From contig CAKSCN010000001.1 of NCBI GenBank assembly GCA_934444485.1, positions 12,355-76,354 of the forward strand: DNA of 64,000 bases, written 5' to 3'. Shown one piece after another: positions 16,759-29,000 of this stretch (within the stretch, counting starts at the first letter, position 1; every line of letters starts with the position of its first letter). The notes under the pieces were generated by a model, which did no database searches, was not told where the DNA came from, and worked only from the letters and a program-made list of their open reading frames with translations. This stretch comes from an uncultured Eubacteriales bacterium. GTDB lineage: Bacteria; Bacillota; Clostridia; Oscillospirales; CAG-382. Made by a program: the position numbers and the translations under genes.

Positions 16759-17766
16759 ATGTCTAACAACGTAGTATTTGAAGGAAAAGAAAGAAGAATG
16801 GCAGGCATTGAAAAGTGCCTTGCGGAATACGGCATTGCTGACCTCGAAGAAGCTCAGAAGATCTGTCTCGACAAGGGTATCAATGTTGACGAAATAGTAA
16901 AGGGCATTCAGCCCATCGCCTTCGACAACGCAAGCTGGGCGTACACACTCGGTGCGGCAGTTGCAATAAAGAAGGGCGTTAAGACCGCCGCAGACGCCGC
17001 AGAAGCTATCGGTATCGGACTTCAGGCATTCTGCATTCCCGGCTCTGTTGCACAGAACAGAAAGGTCGGCCTCGGTCACGGCAACCTTGCCGCAATGCTT
17101 CTCCGCGAAGAGACAAAGTGCTTCTGCTTCCTCGCAGGTCACGAGTCCTTTGCAGCCGCTGAAGGCGCTATCGGTATCGCAAGAACCGCAAACAAGGTAA
17201 GAAAAGAGCCGCTCAGAGTTATCCTCAACGGTCTCGGCAAGGACGCCGCATTCATCATCTCGAGAATCAACGGCTTCACCTATGTTCAGACCGACTACGA
17301 CTTCTACAACGACGAGCTTAAGATTGTCAGGGAGAAGGCATACTCGAACGGCGACAAGGCAAAGGTAAAGTGCTACGGTGCGAACGACGTTCTCGAAGGC
17401 GTTGCAATCATGCGTCACGAGGGTGTCGACGTATCGATCACCGGCAACTCCACCAACCCGACAAGATTCCAGCACCTCGTAGCCGGCACTTACAAGAAGT
17501 GGGCAAACGAGAACGGCAAGAAGTACTTCTCCGTTGCCTCCGGCGGCGGCACGGGCAGAACGCTTCATCCCGACAACATGGGCGCAGGTCCTGCTTCCTA
17601 CGGTCTTACCGACTCCATGGGCAGAATGCACGGCGACGCTCAGTTCGCAGGTTCTTCTTCAGTTCCGGCGCACGTTGAGATGATGGGTCTTATCGGTATG
17701 GGCAACAACCCGATGGTAGGCGCAACGGTTGCTGTTGCTGTTGCGGTCGAGGAAGCTACCAAGTAA
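16759..17766 (+). CDS. GGGtGRT-family protein (conserved, function unknown)
   Basis: 335 aa containing the eponymous motif SGGGTGRTLHPDNMGAGPASYG. AAGGAGG ribosome-binding site. Confidence 0.8.
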   Translation: MSNNVVFEGKERRMAGIEKCLAEYGIADLEEAQKICLDKGINVDEIVKGIQPIAFDNASWAYTLGAAVAIKKGVKTAADAAEAIGIGLQAFCIPGSVAQNRKVGLGHGNLAAMLLREETKCFCFLAGHESFAAAEGAIGIARTANKVRKEPLRVILNGLGKDAAFIISRINGFTYVQTDYDFYNDELKIVREKAYSNGDKAKVKCYGANDVLEGVAIMRHEGVDVSITGNSTNPTRFQHLVAGTYKKWANENGKKYFSVASGGGTGRTLHPDNMGAGPASYGLTDSMGRMHGDAQFAGSSSVPAHVEMMGLIGMGNNPMVGATVAVAVAVEEATK

Positions 17767-17793
17767 TAAATCCTCTCCGATATTCAATATGAA

Positions 17794-17830
17794 ACCCGAC
17801 CTCCGAGGCTCTCCCTCGGGGGTTTTTTTA
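17794..17830 (+). terminator. rho-independent terminator after the GGGtGRT gene
   Basis: CCTCCGAGG-ctct-CCCTCGGGGG stem followed by TTTTTTT. Confidence 0.75.
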
Positions 17831-17914
17831 ACAAAATGAGCTTGACCGGGCGGAGAAATAAATATATAATGATAACGGACTCTTTAATATTACATACTGT
17901 CGGAGGGCAAAAAC

Positions 17915-19566
17915 ATGAAAAAGACACTTAATTTTTGCATTACGGTCTTTGTGCTTGTCGCCGCATTTGCGTTTTCGGTGAGTGCTGCGGAGATTATTGA
18001 CAGCGGCTTTTGCGGTGCCGATGGCTACGGTACCAACATCACTTGGACGCTTGACAGCGAGGGAACGCTGACGCTTGAGGGAACCGGCGCTATGGGATAT
18101 CACAGATTTATATGGGACAAGCGCCCCTGGTAAAAAGAATCGTTATCTCAGACGGTATATCTCAGATCGAAAACTTTAATAATTTTGAAAACCTTGAGTA
18201 TGTGAGCATTCCGGACAGCGTAGTTTATATAGAAGCCCATGCTTTTTCCGATTGTAAAAATCTGCGTTCCGTGACGCTTCCGAAAAATTTAACCTATATC
18301 GGCGATTACGCCTTTTGCAATTGCAGCAGTCTTACTGCTTTGCACTTTCCCGCAAGTCTTAGAACTCTGGGCAAATATGCTCTCAAGGGGTGCACCTCAC
18401 TTGAGACTATTACGGTTGAAGACGGCAGCTACAAATTTTACAACGACGAATACGGCGTGCTGTACAGCAAGAACAAAATGGAGCTTATTCAATACCCTGC
18501 GGCAAGTGCGTTTACAAGCTATGAAATTCCGAAAAGCGTAAGAAAAATCTCGAGCTATGCCTTTTACGGCAGCAAAAACCTTGCTTCGATAACATTTAAC
18601 GACGGTTTAAGGGAGATAAGAGAGTACGCCTTTAGCGGCTGCACCGGTCTTACTTCCGTAGTTTTGCCGGAAAGTGCCATGGAACTGTGGTCTGATACGT
18701 TTTCCCACTGTACAAGCCTCTCTTCCGTAACGCTGCCTTCAGAGCTGAATCAAATTAGCGGCTATATGTTTGCAGGCTGCACATCGCTTACATCCATTAC
18801 AATTCCCGAAAGCGTAACGGTGATTGGAGATGGTGCCTTCAGCGGCTCCGGTCTCACATCAATCACACTGCCTGCCGGCTTAACAAAAATCCGTGGAGGA
18901 ATAGTCTCAGGCTGCAAAAATCTGACCTCCGTAACCATTCCTCCGAATGTAACCGACATAGGAATGAACGCTTTTGTGCGTTGCAGCAATCTTACATCTA
19001 TAGTAATACCCAAAAGCATTCGTCACATCACTCATCCGATATTTATGGATACTCCTCTTTTGAATGTGTACTTTGGCGGCACGGAAGCCGATTGGAAAGC
19101 ACTGGAGTTGGACGAAGAATGCAGAACACCGTTTTCCTCGCCGGTAATACACTATTCGACGTATACTACCATACCCATTATGTCCGTCCGCTCCACCGAC
19201 ATCCGCTCCTACATATTCGGCAGCGAGATAGAGTCGTACAACGTCAACGGCTCGACGTGCATAGTTGCCGAGGATCTAATGAATTACGGCTTCACCGTTG
19301 AGTGGGACGGCAGGGCAAGATTACTATTTATAACTCATCCCTCGGACGACTTCACTCAGGCTGAAAAGAAGAATTTCGGTGCGAAGAGCGGCAATATCGG
19401 CGAAAAGCTGACGGAGACCGTGCCGACGGATATCGTCACCTACGTGAACGGAAGAGAAGTACCGTCGTACAACATTGACGGCAGAACCGTTATCTACATC
19501 GATTCTCTCAGCGTCTTCGGAAATATCTCATGGGACGGCGGCGCAAGAACCATATCGCTCGGCTGA
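17915..19566 (+). pseudogene. BspA-type leucine-rich-repeat surface protein, split by a 1-nt frameshift at a C4 run (17915..18133 plus 18112..19566)
   Basis: The first ORF is a signal peptide plus the usual GTGAMxxx N-terminal lead-in and stops at 18131. The LRR body (repeats of xIPxSVxxIGxxAFxxCxxLxS) continues in the -1 frame. Reading CCCC at 18124..18127 as CCCCC would give the uninterrupted DKRPLVKRIVISDG. Confidence 0.6.
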
Positions 19567-20031
19567 CCTCAGACTGCTCTCTCCCGCCTTAACAAAAAAA
19601 GAACCGCTCCCTTCCTCTCGGTTGGGGGCGGATTTCCGTTTGCCGACGCATTCAAAACACCGTCATATATTTGCGTGAATATGGTACACCGTTTTTGTCT
19701 CTGCGTCGGCGTAGTACATGTCATAAAGGATTTCTCGCCGAAAGCATATCCCCCCCTCCTCCGTGCGGTATCGTTCAAACCCGGTATACCTTAAAATTGC
19801 GGCTGTCAATCTCTTTTTGCATAAGGTTCGGTGGTGGAAAACAATGTCACGGCAGTTAGTCGGACGGCGCATAAAGAGAACAGCACACCTCGGTCTTTGA
19901 GATGTGCTGTATTTTTATCATCCGCAGTGTCTGTTTAAAAGTGTCGGCAGTGTCAATCACGCACAATCACAACGAATGCGGCGTCGCATCCGCTTCCGGC
20001 AGATTTCTTTGCGGATATGAAGCTTCTCGAC

Positions 20032-23000
20032 TCACTCGTTCTTATCTACGACAGCCGACACACTGCTGCAAAGAGGAGCAAGATTTGTTTTGTCCCAGAT
20101 AAACAGACAAACTTTCTTTTCCGTTTCCGTCGAAATTCCGTCAAGTTCAATTTCGGCACTTCCATCGGTAAAGGTTATCGGAAAGACTTTTACTATACGG
20201 TTGCCTGAATTGTAAACCGCAATGTAAGCGTTGCAATTTTCCGAAACATTCTCAACGCAAGCGGTTACGACAATTTTACCGTTGACAATTGCCGCTTCAA
20301 AGCTTGTAACGGATACAAAAGAGGATTCCGCTACTTTTGCTTCGACAAGTTCTCCGCATTTTGTGCAGTATCTTCCGATAAGCTGTATCTGCGTTGAGGA
20401 GGGAATTTGCTCCCAATTATCGTCAAGCTCGTGCAGACATCCTGTACCCTGCACCGTTGCCTGCTTTGAGGATTCATGCTCATCAGCCGTTTGAATGTGT
20501 CGGCAAACACTGCATTCATAGTAGTATATGTTATCCCCCTCGTATCCGAAGAACATATTGAGAAGCTTTTCAATCAGCACTCTCAACCAATGCTTCGGTA
20601 CAGTTCTTTTACGGTAATTATGCGGCAGTTTCTCCGTGGTCTCGGTCGTTTCATCTCCGCATTCGGAACAGCTGTATACAACTTCTCCGGCAGATGTGCA
20701 GGTTGACTCTTTTGAGGAAACCACCTCATAAGTGTGCCCTTTTGCCGGAACATTGGTAGCTTCGATGTATCCGCAAACAAGGCAGGCACGTTCGGCGGTT
20801 CCGGTTGCCGTGCAGGACGCTTCGTTTACAGTACTCCATTCTCCGAAAGTATGTTCAAGCTTTTTAGTTTCGTTGGTACGGAATTCCTCTGCGCAGGTTT
20901 CGCAGATGTAAACGTCATAACCGTTTTCCGAACACGTCGAAGGAACGTTTCTCACAAATTCACCTCTTGTGTGTCCGAATGCCGGCAAAATTATACTTAC
21001 CACCGTTTCTCCGCAATCTGCGCAAACAGAGACCTTGCTTCCGTCTGCAGTGCAGGTGGCGGGAACAACCTCGCTGTCCTCCAAACGGTGCTTCTCATAT
21101 ACCGCTTGCGCACAGAAATCCGCTTGTGCCGTCGCCGGAAGAAAATCGGCGTAGCCGTCGCCGTCAATGTCCCAGCCGACAAACACATACGTAAAATCGC
21201 CGTCCGTGCGATTGGTCATATAAGGCTGACGAATAACCTCGGAGTTCGTGTAAGCACGCCAATCGAGAATATTCCCGTCAAAATCACGGAATTCGGCAAA
21301 GAACCATTCTCCTCCGTAATACACCTTGTTTCCGTTGCTCCAACCGGGGAAACGCATGTCCCAATCAAGCTCTTTCTTTTCACGCTCAACAAAAATCCTG
21401 CCGTCAGTCAATCTGCCGAACTCATATTTTCCTTTTACGTTATAATTCTTGAAGAGAACAATATTTTTCAGCGTTTCCGGCCAAGAACCGAATACCGGGA
21501 GCGTGCTGCCCAAGGTAAGCATTTCAAGGTTTGTGTACTTGTCAAAATCTGTGAAGGTATTGAGATTGTCATCCGCCAGTGCCTTTAACGTTTTATAGGT
21601 TTTGCTGTACGCCGTTTGTGCAAGACCGCCCTCAAACGGGGGTGCATAGCGGAGTCCTTCTTTTGCGGTTATCAGCCAACCGTCCTGGATAAGCAAGCCG
21701 TTTTTGTAATTGCCGTCGTTTCTCTCATATGGTGTATCGTATACTATGCATGCGTCGCTGGCAGTATTTACGTTATCGTATCCCTCTATGCGTTCAATCG
21801 TTCCGTCGAGTGTCAGCTTCTCCAAACCTGTGTAAACGAACGATGCAGCTCCGACGACCGTATCTTTTCCTCTGATATAAGCCTCTGTCAACGCACGCGA
21901 GAAAGCGAATGCTCTGTATCCGACAAGACCTACATCGTAAAGCTTTGCTGTCCTCAGACTTCGGCAGGACGAAAATGCTTCTCTGCCGACAGAAACTCCG
22001 TGTATCTCAACCGTTTCAAAGTTTCCTCCGTAAAAGGCTTTTTCGTCGATAACAATATTTCCGTCGGGAATTATGAGATTCTTAACTCCGCTGAATTTTC
22101 TGAACGTATACTGCTCTCCGTCAAAATTTTCGGGGAGCGTTACCGTGTCCTCACTTCCGAGATAGCTCAAAAGCATATGCTTACCGTCGCCGTAATTTGC
22201 AAACAGGAAGTCCCCTTTTTCTACGCACTTGAAGCTTTCATATCCGGTCTTGCAGTCGGTTGTTCCGTCCGCATTTATAACGGCGAAGGCATTCTTTGCA
22301 AGTCCTTTTTCCAAGGTTATCGGAACGTTGCTTCGATTTACAATCAACGCTATGCGTTCCAATGAATCATAGGTGTACCCATCCGGAACCTTAATCGAAG
22401 TTATGTTTTCTCCGACAGTGATATGTGTAATATTCTCGCATCCTGTAAGTTCTCTGACATCAATCGATGTCATTTTTTCGGGAAGAGTAAGAACCGCAAG
22501 ATTGCTGAGTCCGTTAAGTCCTCCGTTCAGTTCCGTGATGCCGCTTCCTTTTTCAAACGAAAGCTTTCGGATAGACGAATTTCCGCTGAGGTGCCGTATG
22601 TCGGTTACAGTGTTCGGAATGCATACATCAACGGCTTCTGTCGTTACCAAAATAACCGATGTAACGTCCTTGTCATACAGTATACCGTCAAGCAATACGA
22701 AGTTTTTGTTGTTCTCCGACAGAATAATCCTTTTCAGCTCTCCGCATCCGTTGAAAGCGGTGGGATCGATGCTCTCGAGACTATCTGAAATTTCGAAGGT
22801 TTCAATTCCCGTACAGTCTTTAAAAGTGTTTGCGCCGATCGAAACAAGCGTCGGTGAGCACTTTATTTCCTTTATGCTCTTGATTCCGGAAAGACCGGCA
22901 GACTGATCTATAGCGGTTTGGTCAACGCCCACGGTCGGATCATCGCCGAGGAAGTGCATATTCTCGACAACCATCGGTTCGGTATAGGTGCTTTTGTTGG

Positions 23001-26000
23001 AATTTTTGATCTGCGACCATTGCTGCATTGTGCCGTTGTAATAGAGATCCTTAACGGTCAGTTTTCTTGAATCGTATTGATATGTCAAGGGGAAAGAGGT
23101 CAACGTAGACGGAAGATAGAGAGTTTCAAGATACTCGCTTGTGTAAAGTTGCGTGAAAGCGTCATAGCCTACCGTTTCAACGCCCTCCTCAAGGCGAACG
23201 TTTTTCAAGGAATGGCACTCCTTGAATGCCACATCCCCGATAGATTTCACCCATGAGGGAATCGTGACGCTTGTCAATCCGGTCCACATAAATGTTTGAC
23301 CGTTAATTTTCGTAACGCCTTTCGGAATATTGATTGATTTGATGCCGGTACCCATGAATGCGGTGCCGCCGATTTCTGTCACACTCTCGGGCAATTCAAT
23401 ACTGCTTATACCGCTTCCGAAGAAAGTACTTCCTCCGATAGTTGTCAAATTCGGCGGCAAATTGACTTCCTTTAAGCTTAGACAGTCACGGAACGTCGAG
23501 TTTCCTATTTTTGTTAAATTATCCGGTAAAACAGCTTTTGTGAGAGATTTGCATTCATAAAAAGCCCCAGACTCATTCAACTGTAAAGAATGACATTCCG
23601 AAAGATCTGCCTCCGTAAGTCCAGAATACATAAATGCTTCAGATCCTATGTATTGGAGACTTTCGGGGAAACGGAAGTTCTCGAGCGACGGGGTCCAGAA
23701 AAATGCCCTCTTTCCTATTCTTTCAAGGTTGTTTGCACCTGACACTTCCGTAAGAAGTTTGCAGTCATTAAATGCGTGTTCCTCAATTACCGTAACACTG
23801 TCCGGAAGATTTACAGTTTTCAATGCAGGACAGTTAATAAACGCCTGCTCGGAAATATTCGTCATGACAGCTCCCTCCTCAAAGGAAACTGTTGTAAGCG
23901 AAGGATGAGCTGCGAGGACAGAGCCAAAGCTCGTTAATGTAGCCGGGACAACGTAATCCGTCACATCGGGAGAAAGCCAAATGAGCTGAGTTTTGTCCTT
24001 GTTGTAGAGTGCGCCGTTTTCAAATATAAACGACTCATTTTCGGGAGCCAACCGCACATTGCGAAGTGATGGACAGTTGCCGAATGCATTAAAACCTATT
24101 TCTGTTACGGAGGCGGGAATATTTATTTCTTCCAAAGATGTGCAGTCTCTGAACGCCTCTGCGCCTATTTCCTCAACCGTATCGGGAAGCGTAATGCTCT
24201 TGAGATTATAATTATCTCTAAAGGCTTCTCTGCCAATTACCGTAACCTTGCTTCCAAAGGTAATGCTTTCCAAATTTTCTCGATGCCAGAAAGCGACGTC
24301 ACTGATTACCGTCAGATTTTCAGGTAAAATTACATTTTTGGAAATTCTTCCGATTTGATTTGAAAGTGTGTAGCTGTGTCCCTCGATTTCTTCCGGAAGA
24401 GTAACGGTATCTTCATTGCCCACATAATCGGCAAACATATATGTTGTATTTCCTTTACTGTCAGTCTTCTTGAAGAATCGGAGTTTGTCCTCGGTAACAA
24501 ATGTGTCCCAATCTCCGTGATTACTCGGATTTCTGTAGTGACCGTTTCCGTCGGCATCTATCCACACATAGGAACGTCCCGTCCAATCGAGTGAGCTGTT
24601 GTTTTCGACGTAATCGGCATAGGGGAAACCTTCATTGCTTTTCAGTGTGGAGGGTATCTTCATGTAGTCAAGTGTATTATCTGAAAATACATCGCCAGCG
24701 ACGGTTTCAACGCCCTCTTCAAGAATTATTCTTTTAAGGTTGGTGCATTTATAGAAAGCCATTTTTCCGATGTTAGTGTTTTTCGCAGTGATGGTTACCG
24801 ACCTGAGAGGCAAGTAATCTCTTAAGAAATTTTCTCTGATTTCCGAATATGTCTCGGGGATGACAAGATCCGTCAGCAATTCTCCGTTAATATACACTTT
24901 TTCAGGCTTACTGGAAGAATATGACTGCGGTATTCCTATATAAGTAAACAATGCAGAGATATCGTCGAGATACAGTTCTTTTGACCGTTTACACAATTCG
25001 GAAGCTCCGCTTTCTATATTGCTGTGTAAATAAAGCTTGTCTACACTTCCGGCTCCGAGTATATCATTGAGTTCCGTAACTTTTTTCGGAATAACAAATG
25101 TACCAAGTTGGCAGTATCCAAAAGCATACTTTCCTATAGTTTCCACCGAGTCTGGCAGATTGACGGTTGTGAGATTTTTACAGTTGTACAGCATATATTC
25201 CGGAATTGAAGTGACCCCCTCCGCAAAGGTTACTGCTTTGAGGCTTGTGCATCCGGCGAGAGAATTTATATAGTTGCTCGAGGAAAGGTTCGCCTCTGTC
25301 AGCAGTTCGCCGCCTATATACAGGTTATATTCCTTAAAGTAACTGTGGTGATTTCCGTAGCTTGAAAGTTTCACCTTTTGCAGCCAATCTTCAAGCTTGC
25401 CGTCATAATAAATATCTGTTGTAATTTGCTTTTCGGAAAGATCGCTGAATTCAATGTTAAGCCCTACGATATTTTTTGAAAGATGCAGTTCTTTCAGATA
25501 CGGAAGTTTGCTTGAAAATGCGTATCTTTCGAGTTGTGTAATCTCGTCGGAAAGATAGAGCTTCCCCGAAACTCCACACGGAACGCCATGATCCGAACCT
25601 AAGAAAGCATGGTGCATTCTGGTACATATTTTACCATCCGGAGTCTTCAACAAGATTGCATTATCAAAGGAATATCTTGCGGGACAATCCATAAAGGCGT
25701 AGCTGTAAACAGTATCCACTGTATTCGGAAGATCGATGCTTTCAATGCTTTTGCACTGATAGAATGCGCCGGTGCGGACATTTGTTATATCTCCCGTTAT
25801 GCTCACACGTTTCAGGCTTTCGGGTATGTAGGTTGCATTTGCCGTATACCTTCCGGCACCGAACAGCCAGCCGAACCATGTGTAATCGGAGTCTTCAAAC
25901 GACGCTCCGATAAACGGAACGGAAATATCCTCAATCTCCGAGCATTCCGAGAAAACGCCGAGTCCGAGCTCTAAGGTTTTCGCATACTCATTCGGAATAA

Positions 26001-29000
26001 CGATTTTCTTCATCGTATTTCCCATGAATGCGTACTCGCCCAATTCAACTACGTTTTTGGGGAGAATAATTTGGTCGAAGTTGCATTTTGCAAACGCATA
26101 ATTGTAGATGCCGATGATATTGCTGTTTTCACCGAACGGCAGTTTACGCAGAGAGGAACAACCGTAGAAGGCGAAGTCCGAAATTTCGACAACGCTGTCG
26201 GGCAGCTCAATATTTGCAAGAGAAGTACATCCGTAGAACACACCCTCGTAAATGCCCTTTATACCGCTTTCTGCCGAAATATCCACTCTTGTCAGGTCTT
26301 TGCACATCGCAAAGGCGTAGTAGTCGAGCGAAATAAGGCTGTCGGGAAGGCTTATGCTCTTAAGTGATGAATTATAGAAGCAGCGGTAACCGAAGGTCAA
26401 TATATTTGCATCCGGCGCAAAGTCCACTCTTGTCAGCTTGCTGTTTTCAAACGCACCGAAACCGAGAACCTCGACCTCTTTGGGGAGTGACATTGTTCCC
26501 GTTTTTCCGGCAGGAGCCGCTATCAGTTTTCTGCCGTCCTTGGAGCACAGCAAACCGTCAACCGCTTTGTATTTCGGATTTTCCTCCGACACTTCAAAAG
26601 CGTCAAGGTGCTGTAAGCCGACAAGAGAATACTCTCCTATGTACGTAAGGTTTGCCGGAATATATACTTTCTCCAATGCCGTATTGTAGAATGCGTTTGA
26701 CATAAGCCGGAGGTCTTCTCCGCCGCCGAATGAAACCGAAGTAAGCTCCGTACAGTTGCGGAAAGCGCCATGACCTACCGATGTTATTGTGTCGGGCAAT
26801 TCTGCTGTAACAAGTTTTGTCTGATAGAATGTGTTATCGGGAATTTCCGAGAGGGGATATTCTCTCAGGTCAACGCTTACAAGACCGCTTTCCGAGAAAA
26901 CGCCCTGTCCCATTGCCGTTAAGCTTCCGGGGAGTTTTACCGTATTGAGATTTGCGCAGTTTGAAAACGCCTTCTGCTCAATTACGGAGAGCGAGGGAGT
27001 CGTGCCGAAGTTTACCTCTGAAATTGCACTTTCTGCGAATGCGTTTTTGCCTATGAAAGTAACCGAATCGGGTATAGTCACACTCTGCAGCGAGCTTGAA
27101 GCAAATGCGTATGCCTGAATATTGTTTACCGTATTCGGAATCACGATGCTTTCCACAGGTGTTCCTTCAAATGCGTGACCGCCGATAGACACGATGTCGC
27201 CGTCAAATCCCTGTTTTGAGAAATCAACAGCTGGTTCCGATCCTTTATAGGCGATAATCGATACTCCTCCGTCCGTCAGCTCCGCATATTTCCAGGAATC
27301 GTTTTCCTCAACAAATACGACGCCGACATAGTAACCTCTGACACCGAAATCCCAGTTTTCCTGAAGCTCTGCCGGGAGGGATGCCGCCTTAAAGTAGACG
27401 TCAATTGTATCAAAAGCGTTAAATGCGTGGCGGCCTATGAACGACACTTTTTCGGGCACGGCAATCGCCTTTAATTTTTTACATCCGTAGAAAGCATAAC
27501 GTCCTATTTCGGTAAGAGAATCGGGAAGTTGGATATCGTTGAGGCTTTCACAAAAACGGAAAGCGTAATTTCCGACAGCTTCTACCGAGGCATCACCGAA
27601 ATCGATGCTCTGCAGGCCGCTCAAGCCCTCGAATGCACACGCCTGTATTGTTTTCAGCGCACTGCCGTCTTCAAAAATAACCTTGTTCAGGTTGTCTGCA
27701 CCCTTAAACATATATGCCGCTATGCGGTCGAGCTTGCTGTCTGCGGCAAATGTTACCTGTATCAGCTTTTTGCATCCGACAAAAACGCCCTGTCCCATAG
27801 AGGTGATGCCGGACGGGATGCGCAGGTAACGGATACCGGTGTTCGCAAACACGCCCAAGCCGAGTCTCTTCACCGAGGAGTTATTTCCTATTGTAATTTC
27901 GGTCAGATTTTGGCAATCGGCAAAAGCCAGGCGCGACAACTGTTCCACAGAATCAGGTATGCTGATTTTATTCAACTTACCAACGCCGCAAAAAGCCCCT
28001 GTTTCTATCATCCTCAAGCCCTCGGGCAGAATGACATCCGTAAGGTTTGCCGTTCCTTTAAATGCGGACGCACCGACCGTAACAACGGTTTCCGGAACGG
28101 TAAATTGTTTCCGCTCGTGACCGGCAGGATAAGTCACAAGAGTCGTCATGTCTTTATTATACAAAACACCGTCCGCCGAAATGTATACTTCATTCAGCTC
28201 GTCAACGGAAATATCCGTCAGCTCTCGGCAATACGAGAAAGCACCGCTGCCGACTTTTTTTATGTTGGACGAAAGTTCAATGACCGTCAAGCCTGATAAC
28301 GAAAAGGCATCGTCTCCTATTGTTACAAGGCTCTGCGGAAGCTTTATCGACGAAAGTGAAGGAGTTGACGCAAAGGCGCTCTCGCCAATCATGCGCAAAT
28401 TGCTGTTATCTCGAAATTCGACGGTTGCAAGCGACGGCACTCCCCTGAACGCCGACTTCCCGATAACGGATACTTCGTTGGGAATTTCAATCTCGAGGAG
28501 GTTTGTGCTTTCAAATGCAGACTCACAGATTTCGGCAAGGCGGCTGCCGTCTTCAAACTCGATTTTTGTCAATCCGGAGCCGGAGAATGCATTTTCACCG
28601 ATGGAATACACTGTGGCAGGTATTCTGATTGAGGTCAGCGATGAGCAGTTTGTGAAAATTCCGTCAGGCGCTGATGTCATATTGTTGCCCCATTTTACCT
28701 CGGTAAGCTCTTCACAGTTTGAAAATGCCCTGAGGCCTACTCTGTTTACACTGTCGGGAAAAGACACCGAAGTGAGTGACGAGTAATTGAAAGCCGTATC
28801 ACCTATTACACTGACAGCGGACAAATCAACCTCGTCGATTTTCGCATATGCAAATGCCGACTCCCCGATGCTTTGCACGCCGGCGGGAATACTGTATATA
28901 TCTTTTGTCTGTGCTCCTGCGGGGTATGCAACCAATACCGTTGCTGTACCGTTAAGCAAAACGTTGTCGGTCGTACGGTAAAACGAGTTTCCGGACACCA

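Noticed and set aside
15387-17631. Long minus-strand ORFs (204, 259 and 306 aa) opposite pduL, the NifU-like gene and the GGGtGRT gene
   Set aside because: The plus-strand genes have family motifs, strong ribosome-binding sites and a terminator. The antisense products have none, so these are shadow ORFs. The same reasoning applies to 4442..5212, 5514..6101 and 8369..9340 opposite pheT and pheS. It also applies to the many plus-strand ORFs inside the 20-31 kb giant gene and the RM genes.
19569-19872. Overlapping 69-aa minus-strand ORFs, one with a tail (ILYDMYYADAETKTVYHIHANI) faintly reminiscent of RelE/ParE toxins
   Set aside because: There is no ribosome-binding site and no partner antitoxin ORF. 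The similarity is a few residues only. The region more likely just holds terminators for the convergent LRR genes (hairpins near 19603..19640 and 19881..19916).
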